Source of the DNA: Bacilli bacterium
GTDB taxonomy: Bacteria; Bacillota_I; Bacilli_A; RFN20; CAG-826
DNA length: 64,000 nt
Assembly (NCBI GenBank): GCA_024695105.1
Contig: JAILIV010000021.1
Span: 15,666-79,665, forward strand
Direction: 5' to 3'
The position numbers and the translations under genes were made by a program. Under the pieces are notes generated by a model. That model was given only the letters and a program-made list of their open reading frames with translations, had not been told where the DNA came from and searched no databases. Below are positions 27,764-38,103 of this stretch, piece by piece. Position 1 is the first letter of the stretch. Each line of letters opens with the position of its first letter.

Positions 27764-27974
27764 AGGTGGATGCGTTCCCCATAAAGGAGCGCCGCGGCGG
27801 CAGAGGTTTCGTAAACTTATTCAAAAAACGCTTCCCTTAAGGGAACAAGAAGCATATAGTATCCACGTTGTCGCCTTGGTTTTGGGCGTGCAACCGCGTC
27901 AAAAAGGCCTCTAAGTGGGACTTCCCGCCTTCCGAGCGAGTCATCAAAACCCGAAACATAAGGAGGAAAAAGAC

Positions 27975-28283
27975 ATGTACGCCATCATCGAAACCGGCGG
28001 AAAGCAAGTCAAGGTCGAGGAAGGCTCCAAGATCTACGTCGAGAAACTCGACGCGGAAGTCGGATCCGAACTCAAGATCGAGAAAGTGCTCTTCATCGGC
28101 GGCGAATCCACCAAGGTGGGCGCCCCCTACGTCAAAGGCGCTTCCGTCGACTGCAAAGTCGAGAAGCAGGGCCTTGGCAAGAAGATCCGCGTGTTCAAGT
28201 ACAAGGCCAAAGCCAATGAGCGCAAGACCATCGGCCACCGCCAGCCTTACACGTGCTTGGTCGTGAAAGCCATCAACGCCTAA
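27975..28283 (+). CDS. rplU: 50S ribosomal protein L21
   Basis: [11 protein letters not shown]... A strong AGGAGG SD precedes the ATG at 27975; the listed ORF is a spurious 5' extension. Confidence 0.9.
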   Translation: MYAIIETGGKQVKVEEGSKIYVEKLDAEVGSELKIEKVLFIGGESTKVGAPYVKGASVDCKVEKQGLGKKIRVFKYKAKANERKTIGHRQPYTCLVVKAINA

Positions 28284-28600
28284 TGACGAAAGTCCGCATC
28301 GTATTCAAGGGCAAGGACCTCGCGTCGTTGACCATCAAAGGACATGCCGGGGCAGGGGCCTATGGCCATGACCTGGTATGCGCCGCCACAAGCGCGGTGA
28401 CCTTCGGGGCGTTAAACGCCATCGAGGACATCGATAACGACTTCGACTACGAGATCGACCAGGAGGAAGGCTACGTGAGCCTCACCCCCAAAGGGGCGAT
28501 CTCCGAACACGATTCCGTCGTCCTGGAAACCTTGATACTGCAACTGAAAACCATCGAGGCAAGCTACCCGTCTGCCATCGAAATCACAGAAAGGAAGTAA
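28283..28600 (+). CDS. prp: Ribosomal-processing cysteine protease Prp
   Basis: [19 protein letters not shown] catalytic His/Cys region. Located between rplU and rpmA, with a TAATG overlap. Confidence 0.85.
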   Translation: MTKVRIVFKGKDLASLTIKGHAGAGAYGHDLVCAATSAVTFGALNAIEDIDNDFDYEIDQEEGYVSLTPKGAISEHDSVVLETLILQLKTIEASYPSAIEITERK

Positions 28601-28604
28601 GACC

Positions 28605-28889
28605 ATGAAATTCATTCTCGATATCCAGTTCTTCGCCTCCAAAAAAGGCGTGGGCTCGACCAAGAACGGCCGTGACTCCGCGGGCCGTCGCCTTGGCGCG
28701 AAGGCCGGGGATGGCGAGGTTGTGAGCGCCGGCTCCATCCTCTACCGTCAGCGCGGCACCAAAGTCTACCCGGGCAAAAACGTCATGAAAGGCGGCGACG
28801 ATACCCTCTTCGCCACCGTCTCGGGCGTCGTCCGCTTCGAGCGTCTTGGCAAAGACCGCAAGCAAGTGTCGGTCTATCCCGCCGAATAA
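28605..28889 (+). CDS. rpmA: 50S ribosomal protein L27 with an N-terminal propeptide cleaved by Prp
   Basis: [11 protein letters not shown]|[14 protein letters not shown]... A Firmicutes-type N-terminal extension. Confidence 0.95.
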   Translation: MKFILDIQFFASKKGVGSTKNGRDSAGRRLGAKAGDGEVVSAGSILYRQRGTKVYPGKNVMKGGDDTLFATVSGVVRFERLGKDRKQVSVYPAE

Positions 28890-28905
28890 GTCGAAAGAAC
28901 TTGAG

Positions 28906-28933
28906 AGCGTCTGGTACCCCAGGCGCTTTTTCT
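28906..28933 (+). terminator. Rho-independent terminator after rpmA
   Basis: AGCGTCTGG-tacc-CCAGGCGCT hairpin followed by TTTTTCT. Confidence 0.6.
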
Positions 28934-28949
28934 ATTGGTAGAATAAGGC

Positions 28950-30647
28950 ATGCGCCCGAGCAGTTTCCGTCACCAAAGCGATTCGCGTTATTGCTTTTCC
29001 TTGTCCGTCGATAAGGTTTTGATTCGCCTTGCGGTGGCCAAGGAGGAAGAAGTCGAGGACGTCGAGGTCGTCTATGGCGACATGTTCCGCTTCGCCTCGG
29101 AGCATAAGGACATGAAGATGGCCTTCGCCCACGAGGACGCCAGCTTCCGTTATTACGAAGCCATCGTCACCCTCTTTCCCATGCGCATCGCCTATGTCTT
29201 CCGCGTAAAACAGGATGGGAAGTGGATGTACCTATGCGAAACGGGGCTAGGGGAAGGATATTTGTTCGATTTGGCCTTCATCAGCGCCTTCCAGTTCAAT
29301 GGCGAGAACCCGAATGACTTCGTTTTGCCTAACCCCACCTGGCGGGGCAGGGTCTTCTACCAAGTCTTCCCCGAGCGTTTCTTCAGCCACCTTGACGCAA
29401 AGGCGAAACCATACGTCGATACGCCCTGGGACCACAAAAGCCTAAAGGGTAAGCCCCGTGCCTTCCTTGGTGGGGACCTTTGGGGCGTGAAGGACAAACT
29501 CGATTACCTCGCCTCGATTGGGGTAGGGGCCTTATATCTGACGCCCATCCACCCTTCGCCCAGCAACCACAAGTACGACGTGCTCGACTATTTCGAGGTC
29601 GATCCCTCTTTCGGGGGCAAGGCCGCTTTGTTCAACTTGGTGAAAAAGGCCCATGGACTCGGCATCAAGGTGATGCTCGACATGGTGTTCAACCACACGG
29701 CCTACGACCATCCCTTCTTCCGCGACGTGCGGCAAAAAGGCAAGGATTCCCCGTATTACGATTGGTATTTCGTTAATGGGGACAAGCCCACGGCAAAACC
29801 CCTCAATTACCTTTGCTTCTCGCGGCATTTCGGCATGCCTAAGCTCAACACGAACAACCCCAAGGTCCAGCGATACCTGATCTCGGTGGGGCAATACTGG
29901 ATGAAGGAGTTTGACGTGGATGGGTACCGTCTGGACGTTTCCGACGGCGTCGCCCACGACTTTTGGATCAAATTCAAGATCGCCTTGAAGGAAATCGACC
30001 CGGACGTCTTGCTCATTGGGGAGAATTGGCTCAACGCCGAATCCTATTTAGGCAACGACCAGTTCAACGGGGTGATGAACTATCCCTTCCTAGGCGTGGC
30101 TTCGGGTTACCTTTTGGGCATGAAGGACGCCAAGCAAACCGCGGAAGGCCTCGAGGGGCTTTTGATGCGTTACAAAGACGGGCATGACGCCCAGATGCTG
30201 AACCTCCTTTCCTCCCATGACGTGCAACGCACGTTGAACCTATGCAAAGGGGATAAGGAACTTAGTTTGATGGGCCATGCGATGCTAATGTTCTTCCCGG
30301 GCTTTCCCATGGTCTACTATGGGGAGGAGATCTTCATGGAAGGTGGGCCCGACCCGGATAACCGACGCGGCATGGAGTGGGGGAGCGAAGAGTTCTCTTC
30401 GTCCCTTCACCAAACCTTCGTCTCCTTGATGCGCCTACACTGCAAAAGGGAATTCGCCCAAGGGCAATGCCACATCCGCGAAAAGAATGGCTTGCTCTAT
30501 ATGGATTTCACCTTGGATGGCCATGGCTACGCCTTGTGGTGCAACCTGACCAAGGAGGGCAAGCCCTTCTCGGGACGATTGCTTCTAAGCAACCGCTGCG
30601 CCGGCGGGGAAGTGTGGCCCAAAGGGTTCGCCGTCACCGAGATTTAA
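28950..30647 (+). CDS. Cytoplasmic GH13 alpha-amylase-family enzyme (neopullulanase / cyclomaltodextrinase / maltogenic amylase-like)
   Basis: No signal peptide, an N-terminal accessory domain, and GH13 regions (DGYRLDVSDGVAHDFW, GENW, LLSSHDVQR). Confidence 0.8.
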   Translation: MRPSSFRHQSDSRYCFSLSVDKVLIRLAVAKEEEVEDVEVVYGDMFRFASEHKDMKMAFAHEDASFRYYEAIVTLFPMRIAYVFRVKQDGKWMYLCETGLGEGYLFDLAFISAFQFNGENPNDFVLPNPTWRGRVFYQVFPERFFSHLDAKAKPYVDTPWDHKSLKGKPRAFLGGDLWGVKDKLDYLASIGVGALYLTPIHPSPSNHKYDVLDYFEVDPSFGGKAALFNLVKKAHGLGIKVMLDMVFNHTAYDHPFFRDVRQKGKDSPYYDWYFVNGDKPTAKPLNYLCFSRHFGMPKLNTNNPKVQRYLISVGQYWMKEFDVDGYRLDVSDGVAHDFWIKFKIALKEIDPDVLLIGENWLNAESYLGNDQFNGVMNYPFLGVASGYLLGMKDAKQTAEGLEGLLMRYKDGHDAQMLNLLSSHDVQRTLNLCKGDKELSLMGHAMLMFFPGFPMVYYGEEIFMEGGPDPDNRRGMEWGSEEFSSSLHQTFVSLMRLHCKREFAQGQCHIREKNGLLYMDFTLDGHGYALWCNLTKEGKPFSGRLLLSNRCAGGEVWPKGFAVTEI

Positions 30648-30699
30648 TCTACCTATCGTCCTCCGTGCGCGTTAAAATATCCGCAATGAGAGGTACTCT

Positions 30700-33621
30700 A
30701 TGAAAAAAACCACGTTGCTTCTTTTCGCACCCGTGGCGCTTTGCTGCCTCGCGTTTGGGCATACCTATGTAGCCCAAGGCGAAGCGGAGACGCCCTTGGC
30801 CGTGAAACCCGCGACCAAAAACGCCTATTCCGGCGCGCTTCCCTCGTTCGACCCCGCGGAAGTGGAGAACTCGGTGATCATCCATTATCACCGCACCGAC
30901 GACAACTATGACGACTACGCCCTCTGGCTATGGGACCATGGCAATGGGGGAGACGGCTCGGAGTATTTGCCTCGGGCCATCGACTCCTATGGCTCGGTGT
31001 TTTATGAGCCTTTGTCCACCTGGAGCCCGGGCAACTGGCCGAAGCTAGACCTCGGCGTCATCGTCAAGTCCAAAGGCTCCTGGGCCGAGAAAGACCCCGA
31101 TGGGGACCGTTACATCGTCATGTCCGAGCTCAATATGGACGACAATGGGAACTACTCCGTCTGGCTTTGGACCGGCATCACCGCCATCTACACCAGCGAA
31201 GTCACCTATCCTTATTATATTAGTCGCGCCTATTTCCAAGACTTCTCCACCCTGATCGTGGAGTCGGGCAATGGCAGTTTCACCAAGGTCGAGCTTTACC
31301 GCGATGGGACGCTTTTCGACACCTTCGAGCCCGAAGGCGGCTCGGGCAAGGCCATCACCTGCACCCTGAAGGACCCCTCCGAGCTCACCCATACCTATTC
31401 GGTGAAGGTCTACTATGGCGACGACTTGACCCTGGAGAGCCCGGTGGACGTCTCCGTTTTGTACGAATCCCCCGAGTTCTTGGAGAAATACACCTACGAC
31501 GGGGAACTTGGCGCGATCTACTCCGCCGAATCCACGACCTTCAAGGTGTGGAGCCCCATGGCCACCTCGATCAGCCTCAACGTCTACGATAACGGCACCC
31601 CGGAGAGTTTGGATTCCTCCAAAGGCTCCGACACCAAGTCCAGTTATGACTTAGTCCGTGGCGAGAAGGGCGTGTGGTCGGTCACCGTCCCGGGAGACCT
31701 CGGCGGCAAGTACTACACCTACGTCGTCACCAACCACAAATACGACCACAAGGAAGTGGTGGACCCCTATGCCCAATCCAGCGGCATCAATGGTCTCCGC
31801 GGTCAAATCGTGGACTTCTCCAAGACCAACCCCGAAGGATGGGATGGCTTCCAGACCGCCCTTCCGATCGAAAAGACCGGACTCGTCGTCTATGAGACCC
31901 ACGTGGCGGACATCACCGCTTCCGAGACCTGGGGCGGCACGCCCGCCAAGCGCGGCAAATACCTTGGCCTCGTGGAAGGTGGCACGACGTTCAGCCGCGT
32001 GGTCAACGAGAAGGCCGTGACCGTGAAGACCGGCTTCGACCACATCAAGGAACTTGGCGTCAACGCCGTCCAGCTCCAGCCGATCTTTGACCAGGCCAAC
32101 GACGAGCGTCCCGAGACCTATCGCTTCAACTGGGGCTACAACCCGCTGAACTATAACGTCCTGGAAGGCGCTTATTCCTCCGATCCTTACGATGGCTATG
32201 CGAAGATCCGCGAGTTCAAGACCGTCGTCAAAGGCTTCCGCGACGCGGGCATCAACGTCATCATGGACGTCGTTTACAACCACGTGAACTCCGTCGAGAA
32301 CCAGCTCTTCGACGTACTCGCCCCCGGCTATTTCTTCCGTTATTCCTCCAATGGGGCCTTGTCCAACGGCTCCGGATGCGGCAATGAGACCGCCTCCGAC
32401 CGCGCCATGTTCCGCAAGTTCATGGTGGACAGTACCTCCTTCTGGGCCAAAGAGTACAAACTCGGTGGCTTCCGCTTCGACCTGATGGCCTTGCATGATC
32501 TGCAAAGCATGAAGGAACTCACCGCCAAGCTATTGGCGCTTAATCCCCACATGGCCGTCTATGGCGAGCCTTGGGCCGGCGGCAGCACGACGCTTGAGAC
32601 CGGCAAGCAAGCCAGCCAAGCCAACGGCAGCAAGTTCATCGGATATGGCCAATTCAACGACGGCATGCGCGATTCCCTCGTCATGTCGGGCATGAAAGGC
32701 GTGGAGAAGGCCGGCTTCGCCTATAACCGGGCGACCAAACCCGCCATCGCCGACGTCACCAAGATCGTCTCCGGCCTGAAGGGCTTCACCGTCTCCACCG
32801 GCACGGTCAACGAGTCGCTGAAAACCGTCAACTACGTGACCTGCCACGACAACTTCACCATCAACGACCGCATCTTGGCCTATGAGAACGCGATCGGCGA
32901 GAAAGACCCCACCACGCCGGAACTCCGCGCGAAGATGAACCTCCTCGCCCAGTCCTTCGCCTTAACCAGCCAAGGCACGTCCTTCTTCCTCGCAGGCGAA
33001 GAGATGCTCCGTTCCAAATACGAGCTCACGCCCAGCGGCCTCACCACGACCGAGCGTCTCAACTACGCCCATAACAGCTACAACTCCACCGACGAGATCG
33101 ACGGCGGCGTCGTCAACGCGATCGATTACGCCCGCAAGGCGACCTACCCCGAACTCTTCCAGGGCTACCAGAAGCTCATCGAGCTCAAGAAGACCCTCCC
33201 TGGCCTCCAGCAAGACATCCATAAAGTGGTGGGGGACGACACCAGCTCCCTCGTCGACGTGTCCCGCTCCAGCGATTGCAACCAGGTCATCAACAAGTTC
33301 ACCTCCGACGGAGTGAAGTACATGGTCGTCTATAACGGCGGCTACGGTAACATCCCGGCCGTGGACTTCTCCGGATACGAACTGGTCTACGATTCCTCCA
33401 GCCAAGGCAAAGCCTTAGGCCAGATCGAGTTGCAACATTTCCAGGTCATCGTGGCCAAGGAAAGCTCTGGCCCCACCCCGGGCGGAAGCGGCTCCGGTTC
33501 CTCCGAAACCCCGGCCAAATCCGGATGCGGATCCTCCATCGTCGGCGGTTCCATCATCCTCGCCGTCGGGCTTGCGTTAGGCGCGGCCTTCGTGGTTGCG
33601 AAAAAGCGCAAACAGGACTAA
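30700..33621 (+). CDS. Type I pullulanase (GH13_14-like) with a signal peptide, N-terminal CBM41/CBM48-like modules and a C-terminal transmembrane anchor
   Basis: YNWGYNPLNYNVLEGAYSSDP pullulanase signature, a GFRFDLM catalytic region, and a C-terminus of hydrophobic helix plus KKRKQD. Confidence 0.85.
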   Translation: MKKTTLLLFAPVALCCLAFGHTYVAQGEAETPLAVKPATKNAYSGALPSFDPAEVENSVIIHYHRTDDNYDDYALWLWDHGNGGDGSEYLPRAIDSYGSVFYEPLSTWSPGNWPKLDLGVIVKSKGSWAEKDPDGDRYIVMSELNMDDNGNYSVWLWTGITAIYTSEVTYPYYISRAYFQDFSTLIVESGNGSFTKVELYRDGTLFDTFEPEGGSGKAITCTLKDPSELTHTYSVKVYYGDDLTLESPVDVSVLYESPEFLEKYTYDGELGAIYSAESTTFKVWSPMATSISLNVYDNGTPESLDSSKGSDTKSSYDLVRGEKGVWSVTVPGDLGGKYYTYVVTNHKYDHKEVVDPYAQSSGINGLRGQIVDFSKTNPEGWDGFQTALPIEKTGLVVYETHVADITASETWGGTPAKRGKYLGLVEGGTTFSRVVNEKAVTVKTGFDHIKELGVNAVQLQPIFDQANDERPETYRFNWGYNPLNYNVLEGAYSSDPYDGYAKIREFKTVVKGFRDAGINVIMDVVYNHVNSVENQLFDVLAPGYFFRYSSNGALSNGSGCGNETASDRAMFRKFMVDSTSFWAKEYKLGGFRFDLMALHDLQSMKELTAKLLALNPHMAVYGEPWAGGSTTLETGKQASQANGSKFIGYGQFNDGMRDSLVMSGMKGVEKAGFAYNRATKPAIADVTKIVSGLKGFTVSTGTVNESLKTVNYVTCHDNFTINDRILAYENAIGEKDPTTPELRAKMNLLAQSFALTSQGTSFFLAGEEMLRSKYELTPSGLTTTERLNYAHNSYNSTDEIDGGVVNAIDYARKATYPELFQGYQKLIELKKTLPGLQQDIHKVVGDDTSSLVDVSRSSDCNQVINKFTSDGVKYMVVYNGGYGNIPAVDFSGYELVYDSSSQGKALGQIELQHFQVIVAKESSGPTPGGSGSGSSETPAKSGCGSSIVGGSIILAVGLALGAAFVVAKKRKQD

Positions 33622-33635
33622 AAAGCCAAAACAAT

Positions 33636-33668
33636 GACGACGTGGCAACCCCACGTCGTTTTTGTTTG
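33636..33668 (+). terminator. Rho-independent terminator after the pullulanase gene
   Basis: GACGACGTGG-caacc-CCACGTCGT hairpin followed by TTTTTGTTT. Confidence 0.6.
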
Positions 33669-33841
33669 GAAAAATCCGATGCCATGGGGAAGAAAGCGCT
33701 ATCAAAAGAGGGTTTACACGTGCCTAACGCGTAGTTAAAATATTTGCATGTTAATCAAGAATTACGTTGCGAGGGCAGCCGATTTGTTTTGAACGGATAC
33801 CTTTGCGTGATTTTTGAAAATATTGAAAGGAGAAGTAATTA

Positions 33842-35137
33842 ATGATTAACAACAAATTCAAGCTGTTGACGCTCAGCGTCGCGTTGCTTGGCCTCGCCTC
33901 CTGCTCTAGCGGCGGCGGCACCGTCGTCACCGACGTCGACTATGGCACTCCCAGCAATGACAACATCACTGTCTGGTGCCCCAATGGCGACAATGACGTC
34001 ATGAAAACGGTCATCGCCGGCTACAAGGCCGCGAACCCGACCTACACTGGCGATATCACCATCGCCGCCAACTACGGCGAAGGCGAAATCACCGCCAACC
34101 TCACCAAGGACGTCGCTGCCGCGGCCGATGTCATGTGCATCGCCGACGACAACATCCGTGCTTGCGTCAAGGCCGGCGCCCTCGCCCGTCTGACCAACGC
34201 CGACAAGACCGAACAGGTCACCGAGAACGGCCAAGTCGCGGTCGATGCCGGTTCCCAGGGCGGCTACATGTATGGCTATGCCTACCGCGCCGACAACTCC
34301 TATCCGCTCTTCTACGATTCCACCTTCTTCTCCGCTGACGACGTGCTCTCCCTCGACACCATGCTCGCCAAGGCCAAAGCCAGCAACAAGAAGGTCTACT
34401 TCGACCTCGGCGGCGGCTGGTATGCCCCGTCCTTCTTCTGGGCCAACGGCTGCAAGCTCTGGCTCGGCGACGATGGCTCCCAGCAGTCCGACTTCAACAG
34501 CGAAGCTGGCGTCAAGGCCGCGGAAGCCATGATGACCATGTACCAGACCTATGGCGGTTCCACCTTCATCTGGAGCTCCGACCCCGCTGAAATCGAAGCC
34601 GGATTCGCCTCTGGTGAGATCGGTGCGGCCATCCTCTGGAACGACTACACCTCCATCTGCGGCGCCATGACCACCGCCGGCAAGGACGCCAAGAACCTCA
34701 AGCTCACCAAACTCCCGACCATGAAGATCAATGGCGTGGACAAGCAGCTCGGCGCCTTCATCGGCTACAAATACGTGTCCGTCAAGTACATCGAAGCCGA
34801 CACCAAGAGCGGCAAGACCGCCCGTGCCATGGACTTCGCGAAGTACGTTGCCAACGTTGACAACCAGAAGACCCGTGCCACCGAACTCGGCTATGGCCCG
34901 TCCAACAAGGCCCTCGCCGCCCACCCGGACATCCAGGCCCTTCCGTTCATCGCCGCCGTCGCCGCTCAGGCCTCCACTGGCGTGACCGCCGCCCAGGGCC
35001 TCGTCGTCAATGGCGACTTCTGGACCCCGATGGCCGACTTCACCTCGATCATCAAGAACAGCGTTGATGGCAGCTGGGGTGACTACACCGGCGCCAAAGA
35101 AGCCCTCGACGCCCTCGTCGAAGCCTTCGCGGCCTAA
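33842..35137 (+). CDS. ABC transporter solute-binding lipoprotein (maltodextrin/MalE-like, family 1 SBP)
   Basis: Lipobox LLGLASCSS and an SBP_bac_1-like fold. First gene of the MalEFG-type operon. Confidence 0.8.
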   Translation: MINNKFKLLTLSVALLGLASCSSGGGTVVTDVDYGTPSNDNITVWCPNGDNDVMKTVIAGYKAANPTYTGDITIAANYGEGEITANLTKDVAAAADVMCIADDNIRACVKAGALARLTNADKTEQVTENGQVAVDAGSQGGYMYGYAYRADNSYPLFYDSTFFSADDVLSLDTMLAKAKASNKKVYFDLGGGWYAPSFFWANGCKLWLGDDGSQQSDFNSEAGVKAAEAMMTMYQTYGGSTFIWSSDPAEIEAGFASGEIGAAILWNDYTSICGAMTTAGKDAKNLKLTKLPTMKINGVDKQLGAFIGYKYVSVKYIEADTKSGKTARAMDFAKYVANVDNQKTRATELGYGPSNKALAAHPDIQALPFIAAVAAQASTGVTAAQGLVVNGDFWTPMADFTSIIKNSVDGSWGDYTGAKEALDALVEAFAA

Positions 35138-35214
35138 TCCTCCACATCTCCAACCGTGCCAAGGGGGCTCCATGCGCCCCCTTGGCCATTACCTAATTAA
35201 GGGAGTCAGGTAAT

Positions 35215-38103
35215 ATGAGTAACAACAATAAGAACCAAGAAGAGAGCGTCGAATCGTTGACTCAGCCCGAAGGCGGTGCAATCGATTTCGGCAGCATCAA
35301 CGCCTTGGCCAATTCCGGATGGACAAAAGAGCCTTGGTGGAAAAAGCTGCTCGTTTGGCTCGCGGAAACGCTGATTCGCATTCTCCTCTTTGTTTTTGGA
35401 ATCATCTTTGACGTTTGCCGGGCGATCGTGAACATCATTGTCACCATCGTCCATTTTTTCACCCGTGGTTGCCCCGCGATCGGCCGTTTCTTCCGCGACA
35501 AGGGAAGGATTTGGCGCGAGGGCGACAAGTGGGTGAAGCTTAGTTTCTTCGTCAACGGCATCGGGTTCATCCCGACCAAGCAGTACTTCAACGCGGTGCT
35601 GTACATGTTGGCGGAGCTCGCCTTCATCGTCTACATGGCGGTGGTCGGCGTGAAGGGTATCATCGACTTTATCCTTTTGGGTAACGTCGGCCATGGTTAC
35701 CCCGACGCCAACCCGCAGGCCGGCGGCATGGCGCAGAACATGTCCATCCAGTTCATGATCATCGGTATCGTGACCTTCATGATCATCGGGCTCTACGTGT
35801 TCTGCTATTTCAAAGCCGTCCGCGGCGCCTACGACATGTACCTCATCGAGCACATGAACGAATACAAGCAGTCCTTCAAAGACGCGGAGTACGTGCTCGA
35901 GAACCCAGACCACTTCGAAGAAGACCTCTCGAAGATGTCCTGCAAGAAGATCTATGAGCTTATGCGCACCAAATACGGCTATGGCATCCCGTCCGCGCGG
36001 CAAATCTCCTACGTGGAGTGGAAGCGCGTGGCGGACCGCGAGCCCAATGGCGTCCAGCGTTTCTTCAAGGGCATCGCCGACTGGTTCTACCGTGGCTACG
36101 ACAAGGTGCGCAACGGCATCGCCGCCTCGCCCTGGTCGACCGTCTTCGCCAAGTGGCTCTTCTGGGAACAGAAACAACCCGAGATCACTTCGGGCCGGAA
36201 CTACGTCCTCGCCGTCCAAAAGGGCAAGGAGGCGCGTTTCCATCACACGTACGACAAATTCAATGACTATCTACCCTGGGTGCGCGAGCAAAAGGTCGTC
36301 CTTAACGTCCTCGCCGACCCGCGCAAACTCCTCGACTGCGCCTATTGCCGCGACGAGGTCTCCCAGCGCAACGGCATCGAGGCCCTGCCCGATGGCGCGA
36401 AGCTCAAATACCGCAGCGTCGCCACCCGCGTCGTCGGCCTCTTCGAGTGCGAACTCCACGTGGCCAACCGCGTCGGCAAATGGGTCGTGACCGCCGTCCA
36501 AAACGAAGCCGTCACCTCCAGGAAGGGCGCGCCCGTCAAAGCCGAGCAATACCTCGCCAACATCCGCGATGGCCTCCGGGACAAGTACAACCAGTTCGTG
36601 TCGGTCAACCACGATCAGCGCTTGGCCCGCTGCGAGAAGTTCGCCAACCTCTACCTAGAGGAGAACCGTCCTTCCGTCGTCGATACGCTGCCACTAGGCA
36701 AGAAAGGCTTCATCGAGCACTTCATGTCCGAGGAAAAGCTCGACGAGTCCCAAGCCAAACAGCTTTATGAGGACTTTGCCTATGGCAACACGCTCGGTGC
36801 GGAAGAGGCGGAAGCCTTCTATACCCTCCGCAACCAGCGCGCCGCGGCGGTCCTTGAAACCGAGAAGACCTATCCGCTGCACCCCGCGCCGCTTAGCGCG
36901 AAGAAGCAGTTGATGCAGTTCACGGACGAGAAGTTCCACATCACCGTCCTCGCCTTGCCTACCTTGGGCGCGGTGCTCACCTGCATCATCCCGTTGCTCT
37001 TCTCCATCTTCCTCGCCTTCACCAACTTCGACGGCGACCATGCCTACAATAACTTCGACTGGGCCAACCTTGGCTTTGCCAAGTTGTTCTCCACCGGCAC
37101 CGGTGGCTTGATGAAGTCGTTCCTCTCCTTGTTCGTCTGGACGATGGTTTGGGCCTTCTTCGCGACCTTCCTGAACTACATCTTCGGCATCGTCGTGTCC
37201 TTGCTCATCAACAAGAAGGGCATCAAGTTCAAAGGCCTCTGGAGGACGATGTTCGTCATCTCCATCGCCGTCCCGCAGTTCATCACCTTGCTGGCGATGA
37301 AGATCCTGCTCTCTGACACCGGCGCCATCAACGCCTGGCTCGCCTCCGGCTCCACGGCCACCATGACCGGCACCGGCACCTTGGAAGACCCCTATGTCAT
37401 CTCCGGCAACGGTGGCTTCCTCGAGTGGCTCTCCGGTTGGTGCGACTCCTCCGGACGTTCCATCGTCACCGCGACGGTCCGTGCGCTTCAGGGCAAATAC
37501 CTCCGCACCGATTCCGGCGAGGTCATCCAGCTCACCCAGACCATCAACGTCTACACCAAGGACGCCTACATCGGCTTCCTCTCCAACCTCAACACCTTCT
37601 CCACCAACAATTCCACCTTCGCCGCGATGGCCATCATCCCGAAGATCACGATCATTTTGGTCAACTGCTGGGTCGGTATCCCTTATACCATCCTGCAGAC
37701 CTCTGGTATTTTGATGAACATCCCCGAAGACCTCTACGAATCCGCCCGCATCGATGGGGCCAACGCCTGGACGCAGTTCTGGAAGATCACCATGCCCTAC
37801 GTCCTCTTCGTCACCGGGCCTTCGCTGCTCACCACCTTCATCGGCAACATCAACAACTTCAACGTCATCTACTTCCTTACGGGCGGCGGCCCGACCACGG
37901 GCGGCGTACTCAACAGCGCCTCCAAGGCCGAGGGCACCGACTTGCTCATCACCTGGTTGTACAAGATCACGGTCACGTCGGAGAAGCACCAGTACTACCT
38001 GGCCTCCTCCATTGGCTGCGTCATCTTCCTTGTCTGCGCCTTCTTCTCCCTGATCATGTACTCCCGCATGGGCTCCGTTAAGAACGAGGAGGAATTCCAA
38101 TAA
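35215..38103 (+). CDS. ABC sugar permease (MalF-like), 962 aa, with a ~330-aa extracytoplasmic loop between N-terminal transmembrane helices and the conserved core
   Basis: EAA loop (LYESARIDGANAWTQFWKITMPY) in the C-terminal core, and N-terminal transmembrane helices followed by a large soluble insert. This size is typical of Mollicutes-type MalF. Confidence 0.8.
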   Translation: MSNNNKNQEESVESLTQPEGGAIDFGSINALANSGWTKEPWWKKLLVWLAETLIRILLFVFGIIFDVCRAIVNIIVTIVHFFTRGCPAIGRFFRDKGRIWREGDKWVKLSFFVNGIGFIPTKQYFNAVLYMLAELAFIVYMAVVGVKGIIDFILLGNVGHGYPDANPQAGGMAQNMSIQFMIIGIVTFMIIGLYVFCYFKAVRGAYDMYLIEHMNEYKQSFKDAEYVLENPDHFEEDLSKMSCKKIYELMRTKYGYGIPSARQISYVEWKRVADREPNGVQRFFKGIADWFYRGYDKVRNGIAASPWSTVFAKWLFWEQKQPEITSGRNYVLAVQKGKEARFHHTYDKFNDYLPWVREQKVVLNVLADPRKLLDCAYCRDEVSQRNGIEALPDGAKLKYRSVATRVVGLFECELHVANRVGKWVVTAVQNEAVTSRKGAPVKAEQYLANIRDGLRDKYNQFVSVNHDQRLARCEKFANLYLEENRPSVVDTLPLGKKGFIEHFMSEEKLDESQAKQLYEDFAYGNTLGAEEAEAFYTLRNQRAAAVLETEKTYPLHPAPLSAKKQLMQFTDEKFHITVLALPTLGAVLTCIIPLLFSIFLAFTNFDGDHAYNNFDWANLGFAKLFSTGTGGLMKSFLSLFVWTMVWAFFATFLNYIFGIVVSLLINKKGIKFKGLWRTMFVISIAVPQFITLLAMKILLSDTGAINAWLASGSTATMTGTGTLEDPYVISGNGGFLEWLSGWCDSSGRSIVTATVRALQGKYLRTDSGEVIQLTQTINVYTKDAYIGFLSNLNTFSTNNSTFAAMAIIPKITIILVNCWVGIPYTILQTSGILMNIPEDLYESARIDGANAWTQFWKITMPYVLFVTGPSLLTTFIGNINNFNVIYFLTGGGPTTGGVLNSASKAEGTDLLITWLYKITVTSEKHQYYLASSIGCVIFLVCAFFSLIMYSRMGSVKNEEEFQ

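Noticed and set aside
27915-27974. Longer rplU ORF starting at 27915
   Set aside because: AGGAGG sits immediately before the ATG at 27975, and the conserved L21 N-terminus is MYAIIETGG. The upstream part is likely an L21 leader RNA. The same logic shortens prp to start at 28283.
33669-33841. Possible cre or MalR operator upstream of the ABC transporter operon
   Set aside because: No match to the cre consensus (WTGNAANCGNWNNCW) or to a clean LacI-type palindrome. Only AT-rich promoter-like sequence is present.
33839-35173. 444-aa minus-strand Gly-rich ORF antisense to the MalE-like gene
   Set aside because: Same antisense artefact as above. The plus-strand gene has a lipobox, a strong SD and SBP homology.
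36694-38100. 468-aa minus-strand ORF antisense to the MalF-like gene, plus several 80-220-aa Pro/Arg/Ser-rich plus-frame ORFs (for example 37425..38081)
   Set aside because: These are off-frame or antisense readings of a GC-rich gene. They are compositionally biased and have no motifs.
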